DNA of 64,000 nt. Origin: Octopus sinensis (Eukaryota). The position numbers and the translations under genes are program-made. The stretch covers positions 2,852,001-2,916,000 of the forward strand of contig NC_043010.1 of NCBI RefSeq assembly GCF_006345805.1, in the 5' to 3' direction. Below, in pieces: positions 27,565-39,943 of this stretch (the stretch's first letter is position 1; each line of letters opens with the position of its first letter). The notes below the pieces were generated by a model, which saw nothing but the letters and a program-made list of their open reading frames with translations, did no database searches and was not told the DNA's origin.

Positions 27565-27905
27565 ATGGCTGGAAATTTGACCAACAATGAATGAAAGTGG
27601 ATCAGCAAGAAGTACAAGAAAACAGAGATTACAGAAATGGTCAGACAGAAATGGACTGAAGAATTTCAAAGACCAGCTCCATCAAGATGAACTATTTAAG
27701 AATATGTGCCAAATTTGAGCAGACTGTGTCCATCTGCAATGCACGGGAAAATCGTCAACCAGTCAGTGTTACTATTCAGAAAATGGAATGCTTGTGGCTC
27801 AAGCATTCGCTCAAAGTCCCCAGAAGTATATAAAAAAAAAATAGGGCTTTCAATGAACTAGACATCTTTCAGAGATCCTTTAGGTGACTTATGAATCACT
27901 TAGGT
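27565..27905 (+). pseudogene. Tc1/mariner-type transposase N-terminal (HTH) relic
   Basis: Hand translation across stops and frameshifts: MAGNLTNNE*KWISKKYKKTEITEMVRQKWTEEFQRPAPSR*TI / RICAKFEQTVSICNA / ENGMLVAQAFAQSPQK..ELDIFQRSFR*LMNHLG. This matches the PSRxTIxRxxxKFxxTGS...SPxKS...EL pattern of Tc1/mariner (DUF4817-like) DNA-binding domains. Confidence 0.7.
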
Positions 27906-28426
27906 AAAAAATAAATAGAGAAAGGAAGAGAATATTCCACTCATATTAAGCAACTGTGTACCTACTTTAGCTCATGCCTATATATGTATGTCTTTACAGA
28001 TGTATGACTCTATGTAGATAGATGGATAGGCAGAGAGACAAATAGATAGATAGAGTGATAGATAGATAGATAGAGAAAAACTCGATTGATGGCTTGGCGC
28101 ATAGGTATAAACACACACACACACACGATTATACGTATGTAACATGCTGACAAACAGACACATTTTTATCTGTCTGTTAGCAATGATATACAAAACCAGA
28201 TAAGCCAGGATATACAATTAGGCAATGGTTATTGACAGAAAATACAGACAAAAATATGACAGGTTAAACATTTGTACAAAAAACATCTGAGACATTTAAA
28301 GTTAGACAATGAAAACTATGACGTTTTTAGTCTAAGATGTCATCCATAATATTTCCGATTAGATATTATAAGAAATGACATAAAATACATTAAAATCTAG
28401 TAATTTAGAGTGATATGAAATATAGA

Positions 28427-28461
<35 letters not shown>

Positions 28462-28845
28462 GGAAAAATGAAAAACGGTGTAAATGTAAAAATGTAAAAA
28501 AAAAGTAAAGAATGAATAGGGATGTTTTAAAGTGGTTATTTATCTTAATTTGTCATCCAGCTTCAACTCATGATCATATCTATTAAAGTACATTCTTAAC
28601 ATGGAGAGCATCTGAGTTCTTCCATAATTTTTTTTATGTATACATATATATTTTTGATGTGGGATGAAGAAGTTTGGGAACTTATTTGAATATTTTTGCA
28701 ACGGAATTAGCATTCATCCTATCCAGTGTCTGTATGTAGGGGTGAGGGCGTGTTTCACATGAAACCAGAGATAAGCACCATTCATGTGGATTTTTATGGT
28801 TTAGAAAAAGGATCAGCTAGCTTTATATATAAATAAATAGAGACA

Positions 28846-29103
28846 TGTGGAGGCGCGTGGCTTAGTGGTTAGGGTGTTGAACTCATGATTGTAAGGTTGT
28901 GGTTTCGATTCCTAAACCGGGCGATGCATTGTGTTCTTGAGCAAAACACTTCATTTCACGTTGCTCCAGTCCACTCAGCTGGCAAAAATGAGCAATGCTG
29001 CGATGGACTGGTGCCCCGTCCAGGTGGGAAACACATACACCATAGAAGCCGGGAAACCGGGACCATGAGACTGGCTAGGCTTTAAAAGGGCACATTTATA
29101 TTT
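28846..29103 (+). mobile_element. tRNA-derived SINE family C (CORE-like central domain) with 12-bp TSD
   Basis: A box tggcttagtgg, B box ggtttcgattcc. Centre cttgagcaaaacacttcatttcacgttgctccagtccactcagctg resembles the CORE domain. TSD taaatagagaca at 28834-28845 and 29104-29115. Confidence 0.85.
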
Positions 29104-29409
29104 TAAATAGAGACACATTGAATTAAGAGTTAAAATGTAAAATTTCTTCTTGTTCAGTGATTCGATAATTTTTTTCTTTTACTTTTCTGTGTTGTTGGTG
29201 ATGGTGGAGACAGGCATTGAAGCCAATAAAAGAAATCATCATTGTCTTCATCATTATTATTTAAAATCATTATAAAACTAAATACAGCAATTTATTAATA
29301 ATTGTAATGATGATGATGATGATAATGACGACAGTGGTGGTGGTCATCGTCATTGTCATCATAATGATGAAGAAATAGTAATAGGGATTATTTTATCATC
29401 ATCATCATC

Positions 29410-29473
29410 ATTATTATCATTATTATCATTATTATTATTATTATTATTGTTGTTGTTATTATTATTATTATTA

Positions 29474-29526
<53 letters not shown>

Positions 29527-29834
29527 TAGGTGGTAAGCTGGCAGAAACATTAGTGTGCTACAGGAAATGGTTGGTTCGAATTCTGCCAAAGTCAACTTTG
29601 CCTTTCATCCTTTCAGGATCAATAAAAATAAGTACCAGTTGAAAAGTGGGGTTGATGTAATTGACTCATCCCCTCCCCTGAAATTGCTGCCCTTGTGGCA
29701 AAATTCGAAACCATTATTATTATTACTATTATTATTATTATTATTATTGTTGTTGTTATTGTTGTTGTTGTTGTTGTTATTATTATTATCATTATTATTA
29801 TTATTATAATTATTATTATTATTATTACTACTAC

Positions 29835-29883
<49 letters not shown>

Positions 29884-30125
29884 GTTATTATTATTGTTAT
29901 TATTATTGTTATTATTATTATTATTATTATCATCATCATTTTTAAGGCTGTGGGCTGGCAGAATCATTAGCATGCTACCAGCTTTCCATCCACCGCTGGG
30001 GGTCAACTTTGCCTGTCATTCTTTTGGGATCAATAAAATAAGAACCAGTCAAGCTGAATCAATGTAATTAACTAACCTCCTCTCCAAAGATTACAGGCCT
30101 GTATTAGAAAGGATTATCATTATTA
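29410..30125 (+). mobile_element. Two family-A SINEs (about 29530-29712 and 29945-30115) alternating with long (ATT)n arrays
   Basis: Both have tggcagaa..ttagc heads and the shared body; arrays at 29410-29525 and 29713-29940. Confidence 0.85.
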
Positions 30126-30330
30126 TTATTATCTACCATCACTGTTTTTTAACCTTTGTATGCTATGCATATGTCCCTTCTTTTTCAGGGTATACCATGT
30201 ATACTTAATTTCTTTCTTTTTTTCGTTTTTTTACCATTTCGTTATATGCAAACCCCCACACTTTGTCTTTGTATTGTCCCCTTCATCTTTTGCCCTTGTG
30301 GCAAACAAATGAAATCATTATTATTATTAT

Positions 30331-30381
<51 letters not shown>

Positions 30382-30395
30382 CAGTAGGCGTCGTT

Positions 30396-30442
<47 letters not shown>

Positions 30443-30444
30443 GA

Positions 30445-30501
<57 letters not shown>

Positions 30502-30535
30502 GTAATAGTAATAATAATGATAATAATAATAATAA

Positions 30536-30600
<65 letters not shown>

Positions 30601-31136
30601 GTAATAGTAATAATAATAATACTGATGATGATAACAATGATGAAATTAATAAGAGTCAGAGTAATAAGATAGACTACAATAAAACTATAACGCTAAGCTT
30701 TGTTACTATCAAGCTACTGGATTCTGGTTTGAAATAATATTCCCTCCATTAGGTCTTCTTGATAAGATAAAATGTTTTGCTGAGATGAAAATACAAACAT
30801 AAAGAAGAAGAAAAAAAATCTTGTATTCCTTAGATCTTTCAAACATAAGTATTTTACTCTAAAAATACCATGCTGTGTGCTGCAATTATTTTAGACTTCC
30901 AACATGTTTAGCTGACCTTCACTAACCAGGTTTGACTCAACCAGCAAATAATCTACAGGGGAGCTTCTAATTCTGTTTCTCAAATAAAAAATGTAGCCTA
31001 TAGGGATAGAGAATTCCCCTTTTTACTTCAACCGATTTTAATAGTGCCTTGTTTGTACATAGTTCAAAGATTCCATCAGAGCAAAACCATTTGAATGCAT
31101 TGCATGCCACAGATAGGTTGTAATCTTTGAACTTAC

Positions 31137-31287
31137 CAGCTAGGGTTTCATAAAGCCCGTTGTTTCCACCTTCACTGTTTATGCTAGGACCACAGTCATC
31201 TGAACGAGATGATATCGTTGAAGATTCATTCAGATGTTTTTCTTTTTTACCTGCACCAGATGTCACAGCAGTGTCTTGAAAGCACAT
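31137..31287 (-). CDS. Predicted protocadherin cytoplasmic exon 2 (151 nt; MCFQDTAVTSGAGKKEKHLNESSTISSRSDDCGPSINSEGGNNGLYETLA-G)
   Basis: Acceptor ttttttttcatag| lies directly before 31287 in phase 0, matching the phase-0 donor of the large exon. Consensus donor CTG|GTAAGT at 31137/31136 (phase 1). Non-repetitive, Ser/Gly/Asn-rich open frame. A second phase-1 donor CAG|GTAAAA lies at 31251/31250. Confidence 0.72.
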
Positions 31288-32741
31288 CTATGAAAAAAAA
31301 TATACAAGATAACGATAATAATTAAAGGTAGAGAATTAATTAATCTTTTCTCTCTCTTCTAGACACAATGTAGATTTGTGAGGGGAAGTTGTATAATCCA
31401 ATCTACTACTGAATTTTAATGGAATTTGTCACTGTTCGACTAATAACAAGGTTCTTTATTCTATTAATGTTTTTGAAGCATGATATAGCTGATTGAGTCA
31501 ACCAAGTATTGTAAGATGTCCTTATTGAATTTTCAAATATTTTATTATGAGACCCTGTTCAATTTATATCATTCTAGACACAAACTTAAGACTTGCCTGT
31601 AGTTTTCACAAGCCATACACAATATCAATAAATAAACGGAGAAACTTTGCGATTAAATGTACATAGCAAAATCATTTCAGGCCTTGCCCTAAAATAACTT
31701 TGATGTTATAACCCCAAGAGCAAGGCAAGAAATAATTTCATATATAGATATTGTTAATTGGTTCATCTGCTCTGTGGAGTGTTTCATAGCTTTGTCATTA
31801 ATATTAGCAATGAGCACAAAGGTCAGCGGGTTCACAGGAAGAATAGATTACTTATGAAATGCCCAACAGCATTTAAACACATTTAGATACATCTTTCGGA
31901 GTTCAAAATTTTGCCAGGTTCAACTTTGTCTTTCATCCCTCTGGCATTAATAAAATAAATATCAAGTACATTCTGTGACTAGAATTGATTGACTATATCT
32001 CTTTTAACTTTATGACAATGCAAGAAATCTATACTGAAGCAGAGTACAGAGAGCTGTTAGTTGGAAGATATCATAGAACATATGAATAGATATGATAAAC
32101 TATTAAATTAAATCTATCATTTTGAGTTCAAATTCCACTGAGAGTTGACTTTGTTTTACATCAGTTCAGACATTGATGTATGAAAAGCTAGCAAAATGCT
32201 GAGGTTAATTTTATCAATTACAATAACCTTTTTCTGCATAAAAATATTGATTTGTTTGCCCAAGGGAGAAATTAATATGGTATGTTGAGTAAATTAATCT
32301 ATTGGTGTTTACATTGCACATGGACGCAGGCCTGGTTGAACTTTTAAATGACATAATGTTATGTTTGTATATATTGAAATACATAGATTTAATTGTATTT
32401 GTAGCATACACCTGATATGTAGGCATACCTTCCTATAATAAAAAGATTTGACTCACACAGACACACAGACACACATACTTCAAAGACCTAAATTCAGTTA
32501 TAAAAAAAAAATTTATGCTAAACATTATCAGTTACATTTGGACATCTTTTTATAAAATAAATGCCATATGTTACAATGAGAACACTTTATTTATAAATCC
32601 TCCTTCTCCTCCTCATCATCATTGTCATCGTCATCTTCATCATCATTATCATCATTATCACCTTCATCATCATGGTCACTGTCTTCAATATCACTGATGA
32701 CTATGATGTCAGTAGCAGCAATAGCAACATCAGCATCCTCG

Positions 32742-32783
<42 letters not shown>

Positions 32784-33215
32784 ACATCATCCTCATCATC
32801 ATCATCATCATCATCGTCATCATGACCACTTTATAAGTGAATTTTGTAGACAGAAACAATATAAAGTCCATCATATGTGTGTGTATGTATGTGTGTCCTT
32901 GTATGTGTGCCTGTATATGTGTGTGTATGTGTAAATGCATGATTGTGCTTGTGCATATTGTTAATAGTTTACTTGGTGCTGCTATTGACATTTCTAGTTG
33001 GTACCATGACTTCTTCCACTGCACTTTAAAAAAATACCTGACCTGATAAAACAGGTACGGTTTGATCACAGGAGAAGCATCTTGGTTGTAAAAATCCTGC
33101 CTCAAAACTCCTCTCCTCTCTATGACAGCATGGAAAAATAGATGCTAAATGAATGACCAAATAGATGTTGTCTTTATCACTATATCTATCTGTCCATCCG
33201 TCCGTCTGTCCGTCC

Positions 33216-33285
<70 letters not shown>

Positions 33286-33306
33286 CTATCTATTTATCTA
33301 TATATA

Positions 33307-33354
<48 letters not shown>

Positions 33355-34549
33355 TAAATGTCTAGTCCTTTTTGTGCTGGTATGGTAGGCTGTGTGCATC
33401 AGTGGTACTGAGAGCTATGTCAGTGGAGCACAAGCTCCTTGTATGGTATCACATGCTGACCCCATTCTTAGATATTTGTCATTTTACATATGTATATATA
33501 TATATGTGTGTGTGTGTGTTATTTGTTTTTAGGTTTAATTATAATAAAACAATTTTGCATTTAATCTGACTCTGTAGTTTTGGTGGGAACTAAATTAATT
33601 ATTCTTAAACAAGAATATTTTTGACAGTGACGTCGAAGTTTCAGCCTATGGAGCATGTGTGCATGTGTGTGTGTGTGTGAGAGAGATGCCTTGATCTCCC
33701 ATAAAAACCTGTCTCAGATGCATTTCTGACCAACCAATGCAAGCATGGTAAAATGGATGTCAAAAGAACAAATAAAGCTCTTAAAAAAGGATGTCAGTTG
33801 CAACACCTGTTTTTCTCATTCTTATATGTTGAAGTCTGGAGAAATTAATCCTAGCAGTGATTGACAGAAATGATTATGAAAACTTCAGCAATTGGTTCTA
33901 TTCATTGAAATTGCATGGAATAAATAAAATATTGATTACTTGGTGAAATACCATCATGACATACTCGGATATTTCTAAAAAAAGTTGTCTACGAAAGCAA
34001 AATCTGTTTCTAAAATTTTATAAAAAAGATAAAAGAAAATGAATGTAAAAAAAACAACCATAATATTATGCACCAAATTGAGTTATCTGGTGAATAGCAG
34101 AATAAATTGAGACAGATAGTAAAGATAGGATTTAAGATAACTACAAATGTTGTTGCAGTATATATTTTTAATGACAGGATTCTTTGGTTGTCCCAGAGTG
34201 GTACTCTACCACTTTTAGGAAATTTTATTTTCGATTTTCTTATTATTTCGTATTGTTTTGTTTTTTTTATACATGTATATTTAAATCTATATGTAAATCC
34301 CCTCATTGTCTTTGTTTTGTCCTGAATATCGTTTTTTTTTGGTTTTTTTTTTGCTCTAGAGGCCATTAAAGAAAATACCATTATAATTGAGTAAGAGAGC
34401 AGCACCCACCTTGAGTGTCCCTTTCATCCTTTTGGGGTCAATAAAATACGTACTGGATGAACATTGGAGCTGATGTAACTAACTTGCCCTCTCCCCCTAT
34501 CCTGCTAACCTTGTGCCAAAATTTGAAATTATAATTATTATTATTTTCA

Positions 34550-34857
34550 TATACACTCAACAGATTAGACTGTTGGAGAAGAAAAGAATCCTAACATTGG
34601 TCTACAACAAGTAACCTTAGATGCCAAGAACCTTCCTAAGTATCCTGGCTGACCCTAATATCACTGTTTTCTGGAGTTGTACTAAACTGGGTTTATGCCT
34701 ATTTCCTCTATTGATTCATTCAGATCTTTAGGGATAGTTCCCAATGTACCTATAACGACTGGGATACATTTTACTCGAATTTTCCAGTCTCTGTAATTCA
34801 ACAGCTAGGTCCTGGTACTTTGGTATTTTTTCATCATTTGGGACTGTAAAGCCAATC

Positions 34858-34913
<56 letters not shown>

Positions 34914-34933
34914 CTATATATATATACTAAAAG

Positions 34934-34967
<34 letters not shown>

Positions 34968-35279
34968 TAAAAGTTATACTAAAAGTTATACTATCTATAT
35001 ATATATATATATATATACTAAAAGTTATACTAAAAGTTATAGAGGAATATAATGAACTGAACTGATGCTAATATGTTACCCAAGAGCCATCAATAGTACA
35101 AGAGATATAATTTAACTTCAACTTGCCTTCTAGTTTCTATTACTCTGTCAGTCTGAATGTTAAAGTCCCACAACATCTTGTATTTCTTACCATTTATCAG
35201 TATGTTCAAATCCTAGCTTTCTACATAGCTCCCAGTGGTTTGCTTTCCCTAGATTGTCATGTATTTTCTTGTATTCTTG
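34550..35279 (-). pseudogene. R4/Dong-clade (restriction-like endonuclease) non-LTR retrotransposon 3' relic, split by a microsatellite
   Basis: Hand translation: QEYKKIHDNLGKANHWELCRKLGFEHTDKW* / KYKMLWDFNIQTDRVIETRR (about 35279-35125); then FTVPNDEKIPKYQDLAVELQRL / WKIRVKCIPVVIGTLGTIPKDL / LQKTVILGSARILRKVLGI* (34859-34617). These are the LWDF..TD, KY..L and LG.A.ILRKVL motifs of R4/Dong C-termini. Confidence 0.85.
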
Positions 35280-37289
35280 TAGCTGTGTGGTAAGAAGTAT
35301 GACTCTCATCTTATATGGTCCCTGATTCTGTCCCACTGCATGGAATTACTTCTTTTCTTAATACACTTGGAAGAGCTGGAAGAAATACCGCTGAACATAT
35401 TGTCCAATGCACTAACAATTCTGCTAACTTGCTTGAACAATTACAAATAATAATAATAATACTTATTCAATTCTTGTGATCCTGAAATTATGAAAAAGAC
35501 AAAGTTGGTAGGAACTGGATGTCAGACTAAATGGGGACAGCACTTTCTTAATTCTTACAACCTGCTAAAATTGGTAAGAAAATAATGGCTGCCTTTGTTA
35601 AAGGAAGAAAAAAGAAAAGATTCATAGTTGTTAACAATATGTAATCATAAACTGAAATATATTTTCCCCCCCAAAAAAACTATTTACATTGGTATTTTCT
35701 CATATTCATACTATTGAGGACTCTGCCCTATAACCCTTCCAGGAATGAGTGGGTAAAGAAGAGGAGATGAGAGATATTCCTACTGTAAATTAAAGGTCTG
35801 CTTTCACCCAGTTTGATTTGATGACATATTTTTGATACCAGCTTGTTGGAGCTATTTCTCTGCAATTACTTCAATATTGTTCTTGGAAAAGAATGAACAG
35901 TGCAACACCTGTTTTTCTCAACCTCGTATATTGAAGTTTTAGAGGAATTAATCCTAAGAGTGACAGAAAGGATTATGAAAACTCCAGCAATTGGCTCTAT
36001 TCATCGCAACTGCATGTGATAAATAAAATATTGATTACTTGGTGAAATACCATTATGACATATACTGATAGTTTTAAAAAGATGTCCCTCAAAGCAAAAT
36101 CTTTCAACAAATTTTTAAAAAGTGAATAAAATAATGAACATTGATTTAAGTATGTTGGTGGGTGACAGAATAAATTATTTGAGACAGACAGTAGAGTGGA
36201 ATTTAAAAGAAAATTTAAAAAGCATGAATGCTATTAGTGAGGAACACATTTATTTAAAAATATGGTAAAAATGGGAGTATATTGCATGGAAATTTTTTAT
36301 GGTATCCTGAAAATTGTCAAGTTATCCCTCAAACCATTTTTGCATTTAATTCTAATAAAAGCTCTGTGATTCTAATCTATTTTTTTATTTATGTTTTTTA
36401 CATCCATGGCTTCACTTTAATTTAAAAAAAAAAGTTTTTGTGTTAAGACGATCCTCATTTAAATATATTCCAACACAGTTCATTATGCCAGCTCTGTTTG
36501 GTGTAATCTGTAGCAACGAACTTTTGTTGCTTCTAATCCAACCATACCTTCCAGGATCAGAGAAAGAGTGAGATGTACTTTTCTTTAATGGTGTTGGCAT
36601 TAGTCTCTTCAAAAATATGGCAAGTGCATTAAAGCAAGAAGTAATCCCCTTTCTCCACACATTCAATTCATGATGCAACTCTCAATTCCAAGTCGAAGTT
36701 AATTTATATCTCTTGTACTATTGATGGCTCTTGGGTAACATATTAGCATCAGTTCAGTTCCTTATATTCCTCTATAGCTTTTTTTTCTCTCTTTCTGCTG
36801 AAGTAAGAAATTTATATATCATATTGCAAGTGAAAGAAAATGTGGATGCCATGAGTCTCAGCACAGGCAATCCATTGACTCAAATAAAAACACACTGTAA
36901 GAAATTTATATTATATCGTGAGTAGGAGAGAATAGGAACACTACAAGCCCACGACACAGGTAACACATTGAGGAGAGTGATAACTTAAGTAAAAACTGAT
37001 ATAGAGTAAGGGGAATTTATTGGTCCTGATGCTACGTCTCTCATGTTGGTGGTACAGTAAAATACACCCAGTCCAAACTGTAAATAGATTAGTGATAAGA
37101 AGGGTAGTCAGCTGTAAAATCAAAATGTATCACAATATAAAAGACAGGCACTATTTTGGTTATTGTTGTTGTTCCTGTATGTGTCAGATTATGAAGAATC
37201 ACAATAAGTAATGAGATGCTAAGACTTGTCCAACCCATTCCACTGTGGAATAAAAACACAGAAATAAAACCAAAACATGTCAAATAATC

Positions 37290-37503
37290 TTTTCTTTTCT
37301 ACTCTAGGCAAAAGGCCTGAAATTTTTGGAGAGGGAGCCAGACAATTAGATCGACCCCAGTATACAACTGGTACTTAATTTATCGACCTTGAAAGGATGA
37401 AAGGCAAAGTCAACCTTGGCAGAATTTGAACTCAGAATGTAAAGAGATGAAATACCACTAAGCATTTTGCTCAGCATGCTAACATTTCTACCAGCTTGCC
37501 ATC
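37290..37503 (-). mobile_element. SINE family A
   Basis: Reverse complement of family-A head and body. Confidence 0.85.
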
Positions 37504-37708
37504 TTCAAAACATGTAAAATAATGATATTAATGATGATGATGACTATGACAGCAATGACAACGATGATGATGACAATAATGGATTCTGCACTGTTTCTTC
37601 TTACCAAATTTCATACATGTGGTATTGATCAACCTGAGGTTATGGTTAAAGCCACTAACTCAAAATACTGCACATTGATATCCAACCCCAAGAAACCTAT
37701 GACTGTAA

Positions 37709-37933
37709 CTTTTTAGCATTTAAACCGGCCATATCTTACTGAAATATTCTTCCTGTTTTATGTTCAAACTGTCCAAATCCAGCCTCTCATACCTACTCTA
37801 CAATGTCATTCTAAAAATAAAGTATCAGATCATGAGAATTTTGAAGCTTCAACACAATGCATGCTTAATTCATAACAATGGGAATAAATATGCATTACCT
37901 TTGACAGAATAGAATAATTTAAATGCTAAAAGG
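37709..37933 (-). mobile_element. piggyBac-type MITE, degraded
   Basis: Reverse complement of 20013-20231; degenerate TIRs. Confidence 0.7.
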
Positions 37934-38002
37934 CTAAACTATGATTCAAGATTCTAAAATTCACATTGAATCTTTTTATCCTATATATCTGTTGTTTTTT
38001 TA

Positions 38003-39095
38003 TCTTTTTACTGGTTGCAGTCACTGGATTGCAGCCATGCTGGGATACTGTCTTGAAGAGTTTAGTTGAGCAAATTGAACCCAGAACTTATTTTTCTTTT
38101 CAGGTCTTGTACTTACACTACCGAACAACAAAGTTACAGGGGCCAAACAAAACAACACAAACATATAAACATACACATATATTTATATATATAATGGGCT
38201 TCCACACAGTTTCCATCCACCAGATTCAGTCACAAGATATTGATTGATCCAGAGTTACAGAAGAAGACACTTGGTCAAGATGTCACAGTGGGACTGAACC
38301 TGAAACCATGTAGCTGCAAGCAAGCTTCTTAACTACACAGCTATGCCTTGTAGAAATCTGTATCATTCTATATACATTTAATACTACATACTATTAATCC
38401 CCAAAATAAGGTGGTGAATAGGCAGAACCAGTAAAATGCTTAGCAGCATTTTGTCCTTCTTTACATCCTGAGTTCAAATTCTGCCAAGGTTGACTTTGCC
38501 TTTCACCCTTTTAAAGTCAATAAAATAAATACCAGCTGAGCACTAGGGTCGATGTAATTGACTTATCTTCTCCCCACCCCCAAACTACTAGCCTTGTGCC
38601 AAAATTTGAAATCGATATTAATCCCTAAAAGGGAGCTGTGCTCATAACAAGACAGCTATCTATTTTTGGCACCTTACTTATATTTATTTATCTATTCATC
38701 TTTTATATTTAACTTGTTACACTCATTGGACTGCAGCCATGCTTAGGCACCACCTTGAAGAGTTTAGTTGAAGAAATTGGCCCAAGTACTTATCTTTCAA
38801 GTCTAGTACTTATTCTATTGGTCTCTTTTGCCAAACCACTAGTGTTATGGGAATGTAAACACCAACACCAGTTGTCAAGTGGTGGATGGGAAAAATACAA
38901 TGAAGAGCATGCACACACATGCACACACGTATATATATATATGGTGGGCTTCCACACAGTTTCCATCTACCAAATCCAGCCACCACAAAGTATTGGTTAA
39001 TCTGGGGCTATAATAAAGGTACTTTGCCCAGTGGAATCGCACCTTAGACCATCTGGCTGCAAAGTACGCTTCTTAATCACTCAGTCATGTCTGTG
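38003..39095. mobile_element. SINE cluster: family B (-) 38003-38347, family A (+) 38408-38615, family B (-) 38705-39095
   Basis: Each aligns by eye to other copies in the window. Confidence 0.8.
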
Positions 39096-39482
39096 ATTCA
39101 TTTTTATTAAAAACTGTGTCTGATACTGGTTTAAGTCATTGAACTTTGCTAGGGAACTGCTTTCGTAGTTTTTAACCGACCATGTCAGCCACATTGCTTA
39201 TTTCAATCTGATAGTTATATCATTGGTTTCAACTTTTGACATGAGGCCACAGGTTGGGCGGAGAGACTAAGTCAATTAAATCGACCCCAGTGTTTAACTG
39301 GTACTTATTTCATTGACCCCAAATGGATGAAAGGCAAGGTCAATGCCAGTGAGATTTGAACTCAGAACATAAATGTGGAAGAAATGTTGTTAAGCATTTT
39401 TAGCATTAAAAGATGATGATTTTGATGACAATGCTGCTGCCGATCTTCAATTCACCATTCATCACCTGTTTGCCTATATATA

Positions 39483-39527
<45 letters not shown>

Positions 39528-39646
39528 TATACACACAGACACAGACACACACACACACACATATATATATAGGCACACACTCATGTTTATGTAAATATAC
39601 ATATGTATATACATGGATATATATGCATACACACACTCACAGATAT

Positions 39647-39678
<32 letters not shown>

Positions 39679-39833
39679 CTTTATTTAAAGCAGCAGAAAA
39701 TTCAACAAAACCTGTTACTCTGAGTTTCCCGTTGCCGTTCGTCGGACAGTTTTTGCTAGAAACTGTCCGACGAACGGCAACGGGAAACTCAGAGTAACAG
39801 GTCTTGTTGAATTTTCTGCTGCTTTAAATAAAG
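39679..39833. repeat. Long inverted repeat: 74-bp arms, 1 mismatch, 7-nt spacer; each arm has a hammerhead-like fold
   Basis: 39679-39752 is the reverse complement of 39760-39833 except one position (aaaacc vs ggtctt). Confidence 0.95.
39763..39800 (+). ncRNA. Type I hammerhead-like motif, core variant (mirror copy 39712-39749 on minus strand)
   Basis: CUGU-CCGACGA-ACG-GCAA-CGG-GAAA-CUC-A-GAG-UA-ACAG. Stem I CUGU/ACAG, stem III ACUC/GAGU, GUA cleavage triplet, GNRA loop on stem II. Deviations: U4C and an A.G first pair in stem II. Confidence 0.5.
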
Positions 39834-39909
39834 CATATTACTCTACCACTGGTATTTGAGTACTCTTTTTTCCACCTTGTTTCACATTTATGTGTTTACT
39901 CCGGTATAT

Positions 39910-39943
<34 letters not shown>

